The notes beneath the pieces were generated by a model, which was given only the letters and a program-made list of their open reading frames with translations, was not told the DNA's origin and did not search any database. From NCBI GenBank assembly GCA_965116025.1, contig OZ220480.1, positions 1,056,001 to 1,120,000 on the forward strand: 64,000 bases of DNA, written 5' to 3'. Positions 47,230-57,470 of this stretch are shown in pieces (position 1 is the first letter of the stretch; every line of letters begins with the position of its first letter). The position numbers and the translations under genes were made by a program. Origin of the DNA: an uncultured candidatus Porisulfidus sp. Lineage in GTDB: Bacteria; Pseudomonadota; Gammaproteobacteria; Poriferisulfidales; Poriferisulfidaceae.

Positions 47230-47622
47230 TCAATCTCCGAAGGTCACCAGCCGGTCCGCCTGGGTGGCGGCCTCGATCAGCTGTCCCAGTCCGGAGATGC
47301 GAAATCCCGGCGCGATATTGTCGGCGTCCTTGCCATGGCGCTGGGCTTCGTCCGGGTCCAGAATCCCGCGTCGCTGCGCCGCGGCCACGCACAGGACCAA
47401 GTCCAGGTCGTGCTCCCGGGCCAACTCCGACCAGCGGTCCACGATGTTGCGGTCGTCTTGCGGCGGGACGGTCAGCCGGGTGCCGTTGTTGACCCCGTCG
47501 TGGTAGAAGAACACCCGGAAGATCTCATGCCCGCCGTCCAGCGCCGCGCGGACGAACTGGTAGGCGCTGTCGGAGGCTTGATGCTGGTAAGGACCCTCGT
47601 TGACCAGGATTCCGAACTTCAC
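47230..47622 (-). CDS. dsrE: DsrE
   Basis: KFGILVNEGPYQHQ, FFYHDGV, CVAAAQRRG, SGLGQL; GTG start. Confidence 0.95.
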   Translation of the reverse strand: MKFGILVNEGPYQHQASDSAYQFVRAALDGGHEIFRVFFYHDGVNNGTRLTVPPQDDRNIVDRWSELAREHDLDLVLCVAAAQRRGILDPDEAQRHGKDADNIAPGFRISGLGQLIEAATQADRLVTFGD

Positions 47623-47650
47623 GACGGCGCTTCCCTTTGAGAACCTGGGG

Positions 47651-48724
47651 TCAGAAGCGAATGTGCGCCGAGGCGTTGAGGCTGGATCGGGAGCCGCGCC
47701 AGTTGTTGATGTGGAACTTGGTGAACGGCAGTCCGGCCCGCTCGAAGAACTGAGGCCATCCAATTCGCTCGATCCAGTCGTTGATCCGCTCCCAGTCCCG
47801 AGCGTCGTCGCGGTAGGCGCGCAGGATGCGCTTGACCACGGCGGTGGCTTCCGGCCATCGCGGCGGATTGTTCGGTATGCCAGCCGCTACCAGCTTCTGG
47901 AACGTCGGCTTTCCACGGGCGTTGGAGTGGTTGCCGCCGACCCAGATCGCGAGCTTGGTGTGCTCCGGGTCGTTGATCTGCATGGGCGGGCAGGGCGGGT
48001 AGCAGGCCCCGCAGCAGATGCACTTCTTCTCGTCGACCTCGAGCGAGGGCTTGTTGTTCACCAAGGCCGGGCGGATCGCGGCGACCGGGCAACGGGCCAC
48101 CACCGAGGGCCGCTCGCAGACGTTGGAGACCAGGTCGTGGTTGATCTTGGGAGGTTTGGTGTGCTGGACGTTGATCGCGATATCGCCTTGGCCGCCGCAG
48201 TTGATCTGGCAACAGGACGTGGTGATGTGCACCCGGTTGGGCATGTTCCAGCCGCGGAACTCGTCGATCAGCTCGTCCATCATCGCCTTGACCACGCCGG
48301 AGGCGTCGGTGCCGGGGATGTCGCAGTGCAACCAGCCTTGCGTGTGCGAGATCATCGCCACCGAGTTCTTGGTTCCGCCGACCACGAAGCCGGAGTCTTC
48401 CAACGCCTCGATAAGCGGCTCGACCTTGCTTCCGTCGTCCACCATGTATTCGATGTTGCTGCGGATGGTGAAGCGGACGTAGCCGTCGCCGAACTGATCC
48501 CCGATGTCGCACAGCTTGCGCAGGGTGAACACGTCCAGGATGCGCTGGGTGCCCGCGCGCACGGTCCATATGGATTCCCCGTTGCGCGCGACATGGCGCA
48601 ACACGCCAGGGCGGGGATCCTCGTGGTAGGCCCAGTTCCCGTAATGCTTGCGCATCAGCGGGTGCAGGTACTGGAAGCCGTCCGGGCAACCGGATTCGAC
48701 GGGAGAGCGGTGTTCCGTAGCCAT
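47651..48724 (-). CDS. dsrB: Reverse dissimilatory sulfite reductase beta subunit
   Basis: HTQGWLHCDIP, CCQINCG, CICCGAC, GIPNNPPRWP. Confidence 0.97.
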   Translation of the reverse strand: MATEHRSPVESGCPDGFQYLHPLMRKHYGNWAYHEDPRPGVLRHVARNGESIWTVRAGTQRILDVFTLRKLCDIGDQFGDGYVRFTIRSNIEYMVDDGSKVEPLIEALEDSGFVVGGTKNSVAMISHTQGWLHCDIPGTDASGVVKAMMDELIDEFRGWNMPNRVHITTSCCQINCGGQGDIAINVQHTKPPKINHDLVSNVCERPSVVARCPVAAIRPALVNNKPSLEVDEKKCICCGACYPPCPPMQINDPEHTKLAIWVGGNHSNARGKPTFQKLVAAGIPNNPPRWPEATAVVKRILRAYRDDARDWERINDWIERIGWPQFFERAGLPFTKFHINNWRGSRSSLNASAHIRF

Positions 48725-48744
48725 AAGTCAACGCCTCCGCGATC

Positions 48745-50010
48745 TCAGGCCGCCGCCTGGGCGGGTCGCTCGGATTTGCGCCGAAACCACTTCTCGGCCT
48801 CCTCCTCCCAGTCGTCCATGCGGACGTAGGAGCTGGTGCGCGGCTCGTTGATCATGTTGGGATCCACCTCCACGCCGATGCCTTCCAGAAAGTTGACCAG
48901 GCCGATGCGCTCGATCATCTCGCCACAACGCTCGTGCTCCAAGCCGTTCTCGGCCCAGAAGTCGATGGTCTCCTCGGCGAGCTCGATCAGCCGCTCGTAG
49001 TCCTCCTCGGTCTCGAGCTTCATGAACGGCACGATCATGGTGCCCATCAGGTCGCCGATCTTCAACGTGCGCTTGCCGCCGATCAGGATCGAGACGCCCT
49101 TGTCGTCTCCTGGAGACAGGGCCTTGGGCAGCACGTTCAGGCAATGCATGCAGCGCACGCAGTTTCGGTTGTCGACTTGAAGCTGGTCGTCGTCCGACAG
49201 GGACAGGGCGTTCGTCGGGCAACGCGTGATCACGTTGTCGATCAGGTACTGGCGGCCCTTGGTCTCGAGGTAGCCGGCGATGGCGTCTTGGTCCACCTTC
49301 ATGTCGTCCCGCCACGTGCCGATGATGGAGAAGTCGGAGCGCTCGATCGAGTTCATGCAGTCGTTGCCGCACCCGGACACCTTGAACTTGAACTTGTAGG
49401 GCAGGGCCGGGCGATGCACGTCGTCGGTGAAGTTGTTGAGCAACGCCCGATGGATGCGCATCTCGTCGGCGTTCGATTGCTCGCAACGGGCCGCGCCGAC
49501 GCAGGACATGCCGGTGCGGACGCAGGGGCCGGCGCCGCCGAGGTCGAAGCCGTAGTCGTTGATCTCGTCGAAGAAGTGCTGGGTGTTCTCCGTGCTGGCG
49601 CCGATGAACATGATGTTCCCGGTTTGGCCGTGGAAGGTCACGAGCCCCGAGCCCCAGCGCTCCCAGCTGTCGCCAAGCTGACGCAGAACGTCCGTGGTGT
49701 AGTAGTTGCCCGCGGGCGGTTGCACGCGCAGGGTGTGGAATTCCTTGGAGGCGGGGAAGGACGCGCCGACTTCCGAGAACCGGGGGATGATGCCGCTGCC
49801 GTATCCGTAGACGCTTACCGTCCCTCCTTTCCAGTAGCCCTTGCGGGTTTCGTAAGAGTGCTCGAGCTGTCCGAGCAGGTCGTTCGCGACGCCGTTGACC
49901 CGTTGGTCAGGGTGCTGGTCGCGGAGCCGCTTGATGCCGGAAATGAAGCTCGGCCAAGGGCCTTGCTCCAGCTCGTCCAGCATCGGCGTTTTGTGCTGTT
50001 CGTCGGTCAT
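48745..50010 (-). CDS. dsrA: Reverse dissimilatory sulfite reductase alpha subunit
   Basis: GPWPSF, WKGGTVSVYGYG, CVGAARC, PYKFKFKVSGCGNDC, CVRCMHC. Confidence 0.97.
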   Translation of the reverse strand: MTDEQHKTPMLDELEQGPWPSFISGIKRLRDQHPDQRVNGVANDLLGQLEHSYETRKGYWKGGTVSVYGYGSGIIPRFSEVGASFPASKEFHTLRVQPPAGNYYTTDVLRQLGDSWERWGSGLVTFHGQTGNIMFIGASTENTQHFFDEINDYGFDLGGAGPCVRTGMSCVGAARCEQSNADEMRIHRALLNNFTDDVHRPALPYKFKFKVSGCGNDCMNSIERSDFSIIGTWRDDMKVDQDAIAGYLETKGRQYLIDNVITRCPTNALSLSDDDQLQVDNRNCVRCMHCLNVLPKALSPGDDKGVSILIGGKRTLKIGDLMGTMIVPFMKLETEEDYERLIELAEETIDFWAENGLEHERCGEMIERIGLVNFLEGIGVEVDPNMINEPRTSSYVRMDDWEEEAEKWFRRKSERPAQAAA

Positions 50011-50719
50011 GGTTCACGTCCTCCTGTCGACACGCTTGCCAGCGCGTAGGATAAATGATTTCGGGGCAGATATGAATTTCACTAAGGGGTGAGCCTGTGA
50101 TCGCCCCATTATATTCCTTAATGAGTAGGCTCCGGCTTTCGCCCCGAACCCCGCCCGCTCGCGACCTCCTCCATGCAATTCCCCAAGCCTGCCGATTCGT
50201 CCGCGAGAGCCGGCCATCTCATGGCGCGGCGCGGCGATGTCCCGGCGGGGATTCTACAGGAGCCGATAATCAAGGGTGGCCGATCTGGCTGGAAGAACTT
50301 CTCGCGATTCGAGCGCCGCGCTTGGCGCTCGGATCCGTATTCGCGGCGCGACTCCAGATTCCTGGGCGGGGAGCGACGGGAGGGTGGCGTCTTGGATTCT
50401 GGCGCGAACCCCCGGCCCAGTGCCGCGCGCAAGTCTATGATTTCACAGACGATCATTCGTCCTATAACAGGCGGGGCGGAAAGTCAAGCGAAAACGGTCA
50501 CGAGAAAGTGACCATTTACGCTTGCGTTTTCCCGCGCTTTGGGGCATGGTCGGAGGCTCGCCGGATGGAGGCCGAGACCCGCGCGCTCCGTCCTCGCCCT
50601 TTGACCTGGATCAGGAGATCTCTCATGGAACATCATCAGCAACGAATTCCCGCCGAATCGGCTTCCGAGCGTCCGGCCCCACGGCCGCCAGCGTTTGATA
50701 TATATGGTTCGCCCCCTCC

Positions 50720-50930
50720 CTGCAAGTCGGAAGCTGAAGCGACGGTCGATCGGCTGCGCACATATATCCGGCCTCTTGATGGGAGGACGTCGCCTCCCGG
50801 GCCCCGATGGGTTTCGCACGCTCCGTCCTTATCACGATAACGGCCTCGAAGGCCTGTATCAAATCCAGGGTCTCGGAGCGTCGGTCCGACCTGTTCCGCC
50901 ATCTTTTCGCTTCTTCCCCGCAACCGATCG
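50720..50930 (-). ncRNA. Predicted bridge/seek RNA of the IS1111-type element
   Basis: Non-coding region downstream of the recombinase with hairpins flanked by segments matching the target site and the circle junction; ends approximate. Confidence 0.7.
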
Positions 50931-50964
50931 GCGGGCAGAGCCCGCCGGGATACGGAGGGAAGCC

Positions 50965-52011
50965 TCATGTCATGCGGGCTTCCTCCCGATAGGTTCCGCC
51001 GCGCCGGAGCAGCGCCCAGGCGACGCGGACGTTCTTGTTCGCCAACGCGACCGCCGCCACGTTGTCGTGGTGGCGCTCCCGCAGGCCGCGAAGCCAAGCG
51101 CCGAGCGCGTCCTCGCGCTGGTCCGAGACGCGCAATACCGCTTTCGCGCCCAAGATCAGCAGGCCGCGCAAGGCGCGGTCCCCCCGCTTGCTGATCCCTC
51201 CGAGCTTCGGCTTTCCGCCGGTGGAGTATTGCCGCGGCACCAGGCCGAGGTAGGCGGCCGCCTCCCGCCCATTGCGGAACTCGCCGCCGTCGCCCAGCTT
51301 CGCGACCAGGGCGCTGGCCGTCAGCGCGCCTATGCCCGGGATCGTCATCAGCCGCCGGCAGCCCGGATCGGCCTCGGCATGCGCCTGGATCCGCGCCCGG
51401 CAATCCCCCTCCCGCCGATCCAGCGCCCGCACCTCCTCGTAGCCTTCCGCCAGCGCCTCGCGGACTTCCGGAAGCAGGCCGTTCTCGCCGTCCTCCAGGA
51501 TCTCCGGCAGCCGCGCGCGAAAGACCCCGATCCCTTTCGGCATGACGATCCCGTACTCCTGCAGGAACGCGCGCGACTGGTTGACCAGCCGGGTGCGGCT
51601 CCGCACCAGCCGCTCCCGCGTCCGATGGCATTGCTGGATCGCTTGCTCGGCCTCCGACCGTGCCGGCGCGAAGCGCATGCTCGGACGGCTCCGCGCTTCG
51701 CAAATCGCCTCCGCGTCGCGCGCGTCGTTCTTGTTCGACTTCACGAACGGCTTCACGAAGGACGGCGCCATCAGCCGCGCGTCGTGCCCATGACGACGGA
51801 ACAGCCGCGCCCAATGGTGCGCGCCGCCGCAGGCCTCCAGCCCGACCCGGCATGGCGGCAGCTCCTCCGCGAAGCGTTCCAGCTGAGCCCGCGTGAAGCG
51901 CCTCTCCAGCGCGATCTTGCCGGCGCGCGTCATGCCGCAGGCGTGAAACGCCTGCTTGCCCAGGTCCACGCCCAGATGGGCGATGGCGAGTTGATGTAGA
52001 GTCTGCTTCAT
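50965..52011 (-). CDS. IS110-family DEDD recombinase
   Basis: GVDLGK, GLEAC, KNDARDAEAI, IPGIG, GLVPRQYSTGGK. Confidence 0.95.
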   Translation of the reverse strand: MKQTLHQLAIAHLGVDLGKQAFHACGMTRAGKIALERRFTRAQLERFAEELPPCRVGLEACGGAHHWARLFRRHGHDARLMAPSFVKPFVKSNKNDARDAEAICEARSRPSMRFAPARSEAEQAIQQCHRTRERLVRSRTRLVNQSRAFLQEYGIVMPKGIGVFRARLPEILEDGENGLLPEVREALAEGYEEVRALDRREGDCRARIQAHAEADPGCRRLMTIPGIGALTASALVAKLGDGGEFRNGREAAAYLGLVPRQYSTGGKPKLGGISKRGDRALRGLLILGAKAVLRVSDQREDALGAWLRGLRERHHDNVAAVALANKNVRVAWALLRRGGTYREEARMT

Positions 52012-52738
52012 AAGGGTCGTCCTGCTTTCGCTATGGGTTGTGATACTCTAATTGTGCCCGCTCAAGGCCAAGCAGGGAAGCGGGGCGAACCATCCCATCA
52101 CAATAAAATCGCAGAAGAAACTGACGAACGGAGGCTTCCAGGAGCGACAAGCCATGGCTATCGTCGAGACCATTCGAGACTCCCAGGCGGAACTCGCCAC
52201 GAGAGAGGACTTGCTCGCGACGCGGAGAGAGCTGAAGGCCGAGATCGTGAAGCAGGGGCTTGAGCTTCGCAACGAGTTCCACACCGCGATCAGCGCTTTG
52301 CGCGACGAGTTCCGAGGCGAGCTGCATAGCGAGATTGGTGGTCTGCGCAAGGAAATGCAGGAGCAACTCTCCACTTTGCTCTGGCGCATCCTGCTTGGCG
52401 TTGGGGTGATCGTCAGCGTTGTCGGAGGCATTGTCGGAATCGTCTTTACGCTAGTTGGCGGAAAGTAGATTCTGGAGCCCGTGGTTCTCATCCGGCTTTA
52501 CCGTCGTTGATGATGGACCCCGAATGAGGTCAGGCGCGGAGATCCTCCAGACGGCTCGTCCGGCTCCAGATGGGCGCGCGGGTCCGTTTGGGCTCGTGTC
52601 GAACATTCAGCTGTAGCGCGCGTCCTGTTCGATCAGGAAGCTGTCGCCGATGTCTCGATACGTGAACATGGGTCAGGGAAGGCCTTTGACTCGCGTCGTC
52701 GCCCGCGAAACCTTGGGTCGTTCATTCAGGCGCGCGAG

Positions 52739-54274
52739 ATGGATCCCGTAGAGCTCGCCGTGTTCTCCAGCCGCGTGGAGGCGCTGTGCGAGGAGATGGG
52801 CGCGTTGCTGCGCCGCTCGGCGTTCTCGCCCAACATTCGGGACCGCCTGGATTTCTCTTGCGCGATCTTTGATCGAGACGGCCGGCTGGTCGCGCAGGCG
52901 GCGCACATTCCGGTGCATCTGGGGAGCATGGCCTACGCCATGCGGGATTTGGTGGGCCGGTTCGACTGGAACGACGGCGACGCCGTTTTGCTCAACGATC
53001 CGTTCTTGGGAGGAACGCACTTGCCCGACATCACGGTCGTCACTCCGTGCTTTTTGGACGGCAGGCTTCAGGGCTTCGCGGTAAACCGCGCTCACCACGC
53101 GGACATCGGGGCCGAAGCGCCGGGGTCCATGCCGATGTCGCGGCGGTTGGAGGAGGAGGGGCTGATCTTGCCGCCCCGACGAATCCGGCGGGGAGGCAAG
53201 CTGGACGAGACGAGGCTCGACGCCATCGTGAGCGCGAGTCGGGCGCCGCGGGACATGCGCGGAGACCTTCTCGCGCAGACGCACGTCAACGAGCGGGGCG
53301 GCTCTCGCTTGCGGGGGCTGATTGAGGGTATGGGGGAGAGCGCGTACGCTTCGGCGCTGAGCGAGTTGAACGAATATGGTCGCATGATCGCCAGCGACGC
53401 CTTGGGGCGGATCCCGGACGGGACGTACCAGGCGGTCGAGTTTCTGGAGGATGATGGCTTGGGGCACGAGGATATTCGCCTGCGGGTTCGCGTCCAGATC
53501 AAGGGAGAAAGGGCGCGGGTCGATTTCGAGGGCACCGACGCGCAGGCGGAGGGCCCGGTCAACTGTCCGCTCTCGGTGACGGCCGCAGGAGTCTATTACG
53601 CGTTTCGTTGCCTGATGCCGTCCTACGCGCCGGCCTGCGCTGGGTGTTTCGACGCCATTGAGTTGCGCGCTCCCGAGGGTTGCCTGCTCAACGCGCGTCC
53701 GCCCGCGGCGGTGGCGGCGGGGAACGTCGAGACCTCCATGCGCGTGGTGGACCTGATCCTCGCGGCGTTGCGGAAGGCTCTTCCTAAGCGCGTTCCGGCG
53801 GCGAGCCAAGGCACCATGAACAACTTCGCGGCGGGCCAGGATGGGGAGACTTCCTGGGCCTATTACGAGACCTTGGCGGGAGGGATGGGCGCCCATGCGG
53901 GAGGCCCAGGCCTGTCGGCGCGGCACTCGCATATGACGAACACCCTGAACACTCCGGTAGAGGTGTTGGAGCGGGTTTATCCGTTGCGCGCGCTCCGATA
54001 CGCGCTGCGGCGCGGTTCTGGAGGGAAAGGGCGGCATCGAGGCGGCGATGGAGTGATCCGCGAATACGAATTTTTGGAACCGGCTCGTTTCAGCCTGCTG
54101 ACGGAACGCCGCCGCCGCGCGCCGTCGGGCGCCGCCGGTGGCGCGGATGGCCAGCCGGGACGAAACCGGCTCAACGGTGAGGATCTGCCCGGAAAATGCC
54201 AACGCTCGGTCGTCGCCGGAGACCGGCTGACCATCGAGACGCCGGGAGCGGGCGGCTGGGGGGCGGAGGCATGA
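52739..54274 (+). CDS. Hydantoinase B/5-oxoprolinase family protein
   Basis: [46 protein letters not shown]. Confidence 0.92.
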   Translation: MDPVELAVFSSRVEALCEEMGALLRRSAFSPNIRDRLDFSCAIFDRDGRLVAQAAHIPVHLGSMAYAMRDLVGRFDWNDGDAVLLNDPFLGGTHLPDITVVTPCFLDGRLQGFAVNRAHHADIGAEAPGSMPMSRRLEEEGLILPPRRIRRGGKLDETRLDAIVSASRAPRDMRGDLLAQTHVNERGGSRLRGLIEGMGESAYASALSELNEYGRMIASDALGRIPDGTYQAVEFLEDDGLGHEDIRLRVRVQIKGERARVDFEGTDAQAEGPVNCPLSVTAAGVYYAFRCLMPSYAPACAGCFDAIELRAPEGCLLNARPPAAVAAGNVETSMRVVDLILAALRKALPKRVPAASQGTMNNFAAGQDGETSWAYYETLAGGMGAHAGGPGLSARHSHMTNTLNTPVEVLERVYPLRALRYALRRGSGGKGRHRGGDGVIREYEFLEPARFSLLTERRRRAPSGAAGGADGQPGRNRLNGEDLPGKCQRSVVAGDRLTIETPGAGGWGAEA

Positions 54275-55770
54275 TTCGAGGGTTGTATACCGCCGAGCGG
54301 ACTCGCGCCATCGATCGGCGCGCGATCCGGCGCGAGGGCGTCTCCGGGCTGGAATTGATGGCGCGCGCGGCCGACGCGGTCTGTCGGCTGATCCAGGAGA
54401 AATATCCAGAGGCCCAGCGGATCGCGGTCTACGCCGGAGTTGGCAACAACGCCGGCGACGGCTATCTCGTGGCGCGCCGCATGAAGGAACTCGGGAAATC
54501 CGTTCTCGTCACGCGGCTGGCTCCAGCGGAAGCGTTGCGAGGCGACGCCAAGGCCGCCTTCGAGGAGGCGGCCCGCGCCGAAGTTCCCATGCGGGAGTTC
54601 TCGGCGGAGAATTCATTAGATGCCGATCTGATCGTCGACGCGTTGCTGGGAACGGGTCTGTCTCGCTCGGTCGAGGGGGATTGGGCGAAAGCCATAGATC
54701 GCGTCAACGCTTCGGGCGCGGACGTCATCTCCGTGGACGTCCCGTCCGGCCTGAACGCGGACACGGGAGTGGCGGATCCGCACACCGCGCTCGCGGATCG
54801 CACGGTGACCCTGATCGCGCGCAAGCGCGGGTTGTATACCGCGGATGGGCCAGACTTCGCGGGGCGAGTGGAGTTCGACGATCTGGGAATTCGGATCGAC
54901 GATCCTCCGACGGTGGCGTTGCGCGATTGGACCGAAGTTCGTTGGTCCAGCGTTCGCGCTCCCCAAAGAATAAAAAACTCGCACAAGGGCGACTACGGGC
55001 ATGTGCTGGTGATCGGAGGGAGCGCCGGCTATCAGGGCGCGGCTGAGCTGTGCGGCGCCGCCGCCCTACGGTGCGGGAGCGGCTTGGTCAGTCTGGTCCA
55101 GCCTCCGGATGCCGTGAGGGGGAGCTCCTCGGCCCCGGAACTGATGCGCCATGAAGCGTCGGATTCGCGAGGAGCGCGGGAATTGGCGGAGCGGGCTTCC
55201 GTGATCGCCATCGGGCCTGGGCTCGGGCGAGACGCTTGGGCGCGGGACATGCTTGGGACGGTTTTGGAATCGCGTTGTCCGATGGTGCTGGACGCGGACG
55301 CCCTTCGCCTGCTGGCCGCGGACCCTTGGGAGAGCTCGCCCGGCAACCGGGTGCTGACCCCGCATCCAGGAGAGGCGGCGGCCTTGCTGGGAGGGACGAT
55401 CGCGGAGATCCAAGAGGACCGGTTCTCGGCGGTCCGGCGCGTCCAGGAGACCTATGGAGGAGTCGTCGTTCTCAAGGGATGCGGCACGCTCGTGGCGGAC
55501 GCTAGAGGGGAGATTGGAGTCTGCGCTGGCGGCAACCCCGGCATGGCGACCGCTGGGATGGGCGACGTGTTGACCGGCGTCATCGCGTCCCTGATCGGGC
55601 AGGCGCCGCCGGATATCGATCAGGCGGATCTTGGTCAGGCGGCGCTCGCTGGGGTTTGCATGCATGCGGAGGCGGGCGACCGGGCGCGCGAACGGGGAAT
55701 GCGCGGCATGATCGCCAGCGATCTGCTACCTTTTCTGCGAGAGCTGGCGGATGAGCCGAAATTCGATTGA
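54271..55770 (+). CDS. nnr: Bifunctional NAD(P)H-hydrate epimerase/dehydratase
   Basis: GNNAGDG, DALLGTG, HKGDYG, TPHPGEA, GMGDVLTG. Confidence 0.93.
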   Translation: MIRGLYTAERTRAIDRRAIRREGVSGLELMARAADAVCRLIQEKYPEAQRIAVYAGVGNNAGDGYLVARRMKELGKSVLVTRLAPAEALRGDAKAAFEEAARAEVPMREFSAENSLDADLIVDALLGTGLSRSVEGDWAKAIDRVNASGADVISVDVPSGLNADTGVADPHTALADRTVTLIARKRGLYTADGPDFAGRVEFDDLGIRIDDPPTVALRDWTEVRWSSVRAPQRIKNSHKGDYGHVLVIGGSAGYQGAAELCGAAALRCGSGLVSLVQPPDAVRGSSSAPELMRHEASDSRGARELAERASVIAIGPGLGRDAWARDMLGTVLESRCPMVLDADALRLLAADPWESSPGNRVLTPHPGEAAALLGGTIAEIQEDRFSAVRRVQETYGGVVVLKGCGTLVADARGEIGVCAGGNPGMATAGMGDVLTGVIASLIGQAPPDIDQADLGQAALAGVCMHAEAGDRARERGMRGMIASDLLPFLRELADEPKFD

Positions 55771-56251
55771 TCTCGAAACGCTGGATCAGACCGAGGCGCA
55801 TGCTGGCGCGTTGGCCCGGGCGCTCGACTCGCCTTGCTCGTTCGCCCTTCGGGGTTCGCTGGGGGCGGGCAAGACGACTTGGGTCCGGGCGTTCCTGCGG
55901 GCCCTTGGCCATGGCGGAGTCGTGCCGAGTCCCACCTATACCTTGGTGGAGCCTTACGAGGCGCGTGGCATGAAAATCTGGCACGTGGATCTGTATCGCT
56001 TGCGGGATCCTTGCGAACTGGAGGCCTTGGGGGTCCGGGAACTTTTGGATGGCGAGTCGGTCATGCTGGTGGAATGGCCGGAGCGATGGCCTGAGATTGA
56101 CGCGCGCGCGGATCTGCGGCTCCATTTCTGGCACGGGCTCTCGGAGTCGGCGCGGCGGCTCGAGGTGGAGGCGGCGAGCGAGCGCGGCGAGGGTTTGCTC
56201 GCGCGCGCGATGGAGAGCTCGACGAGAAGCTCGGCGCGAAACGTAAAATAA
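55751..56251 (+). CDS. tsaE: tRNA t6A biosynthesis ATPase TsaE
   Basis: GSLGAGKTT, SPTYTL, HVDLYRL, VEW. Confidence 0.96.
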   Translation: MSRNSIDLETLDQTEAHAGALARALDSPCSFALRGSLGAGKTTWVRAFLRALGHGGVVPSPTYTLVEPYEARGMKIWHVDLYRLRDPCELEALGVRELLDGESVMLVEWPERWPEIDARADLRLHFWHGLSESARRLEVEAASERGEGLLARAMESSTRSSARNVK

Positions 56252-56255
56252 GGTC

Positions 56256-57446
56256 ATGCTAGATCGCCGAAAATTCCTGAGTCTTCTGGCGGCGTTGCCA
56301 ATAGGGTTCTCGACCTCCGCGTTGGCGGCGACGCGGCTGGTGGCCTTGCGCCAGAGCGTGAGCGAGGAGCGCAACCGCATCGTGTTCGAGTTCGATGGGA
56401 AAGTCGAGCTCGTCCAGAGGTTCGCGCTCAAGAATCCGCCGCGCTACGTCCTGGACATTAGGCGGGCCGGAGTATCGAGCTCGGTTCCCGCTTCGCCGCG
56501 TTTCGCCAGCAATGGCGTCATCCGCGACATGCGCTCCGACGTGAAGGACGACGGGAGCCTTCGGCTGGCTTTGGACCTAAAGCGGCTGATGCCCGTGGAA
56601 GTCCGGAAATGGCCGACGCCCGACGGAAAGCGAGACCGGATCGTGGTCGACTTCCTGGGTTCGTTCGTCGTCTCGAAGTCATCTCGGAAATCTTCCGCCC
56701 CCGCGCGGAAACCGGCGGCCCGCGCTCCCGCGCGGCCCGCCTCGAGCCGAAGTCGGCCCTTGGTGGTGGTGATCGACCCAGGCCATGGCGGCAAGGACCC
56801 CGGCGCGGTCGGCAAGGGCAAGACTCGGGAGAAGGACGTGGTTCTCTCGATCTCGAAGAAACTGCACAAGTCGCTCAAGGCGGACTCCCGAATCAGGCCG
56901 TATCTGACGCGTGACCGGGACGTTTTTCTGCGCCTGCACCACCGCACCCGGATCGCCCGCGGCAAGGGGGCCGACCTTTTCGTCTCGGTGCACGCGGACG
57001 CGGCTCGGCGAAGGAGCGCGCGCGGCGCGTCCGTCTACGCCGTCTCCATGAAAGGATCGAGCAGTTCCCACGCGCGTTGGCTCGCGGACCGGGAGAACGC
57101 CGCGGATCTGAAGGGCGGCCTCGAGATATCGGGCCGAGACCCAAGAGTGCAGGACACGATGCTGTCCATGTCCCGAGGCGCCGTGCGGGAATATAGCGAA
57201 TACGCCGGGAAGTTCATGGTGGGCTCGCTCGGGAGGATCGGAAAGATGCATAGCTCACGGGTCGAGCGCGCGGGGTTCGCGGTGCTGAAATCTCCCGACA
57301 TTCCCTCCATCCTGGTAGAGACGGGATTCATATCGAACGCCCACGAGGAGAGGCTGTTGCGCTCCTCGAAGCATCAGAGACGGATCGCTCTTGCCCTGCG
57401 CTCTGGAATCCGGACGTTTTTCGCCAAAGTGCCGGAATACAGCTGA
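56256..57446 (+). CDS. N-acetylmuramoyl-L-alanine amidase (AMIN plus Amidase_3, Tat signal; AmiC-like)
   Basis: DRRKFL signal, IDPGHGGKDPGA, SVHADA, LVETGFISN; follows tsaE. Confidence 0.92.
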   Translation: MLDRRKFLSLLAALPIGFSTSALAATRLVALRQSVSEERNRIVFEFDGKVELVQRFALKNPPRYVLDIRRAGVSSSVPASPRFASNGVIRDMRSDVKDDGSLRLALDLKRLMPVEVRKWPTPDGKRDRIVVDFLGSFVVSKSSRKSSAPARKPAARAPARPASSRSRPLVVVIDPGHGGKDPGAVGKGKTREKDVVLSISKKLHKSLKADSRIRPYLTRDRDVFLRLHHRTRIARGKGADLFVSVHADAARRRSARGASVYAVSMKGSSSSHARWLADRENAADLKGGLEISGRDPRVQDTMLSMSRGAVREYSEYAGKFMVGSLGRIGKMHSSRVERAGFAVLKSPDIPSILVETGFISNAHEERLLRSSKHQRRIALALRSGIRTFFAKVPEYS

Positions 57447-57470
57447 CGGAAGCCCATCGGGCTTCCGTCA
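57444..57470. terminator. Hairpin between convergent genes
   Basis: TGACGGAAGCCC-ATC-GGGCTTCCGTCA; both stop codons lie in the stem. Confidence 0.65.

Larger units (their letters stand above)
50701..52100 (-). mobile_element. IS110-family element, IS1111 type (1400 bp)
   Basis: 12-bp subterminal IRs ATGGTTCGCCCC (50704-50715 and 52082-52093); no target duplication; circle junction would form TTGCAG-N17-TATGAT. Confidence 0.9.
50625..52468 (+). pseudogene. DUF1640-like coiled-coil membrane protein gene split by the IS (50625-50700 plus 52101-52468)
   Basis: Removing the IS restores MEHHQ...PPAFD|TIKSQKKLTNGGFQERQAMAIV...LATREDL...TM (147 aa); RBS AGGAG before ATG 50625. Confidence 0.8.

Noticed and set aside
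52052-52468. Independent 138-aa gene starting at 52052
   Set aside because: Its first codons lie inside the IS left end; the real 5' part is at 50625-50700
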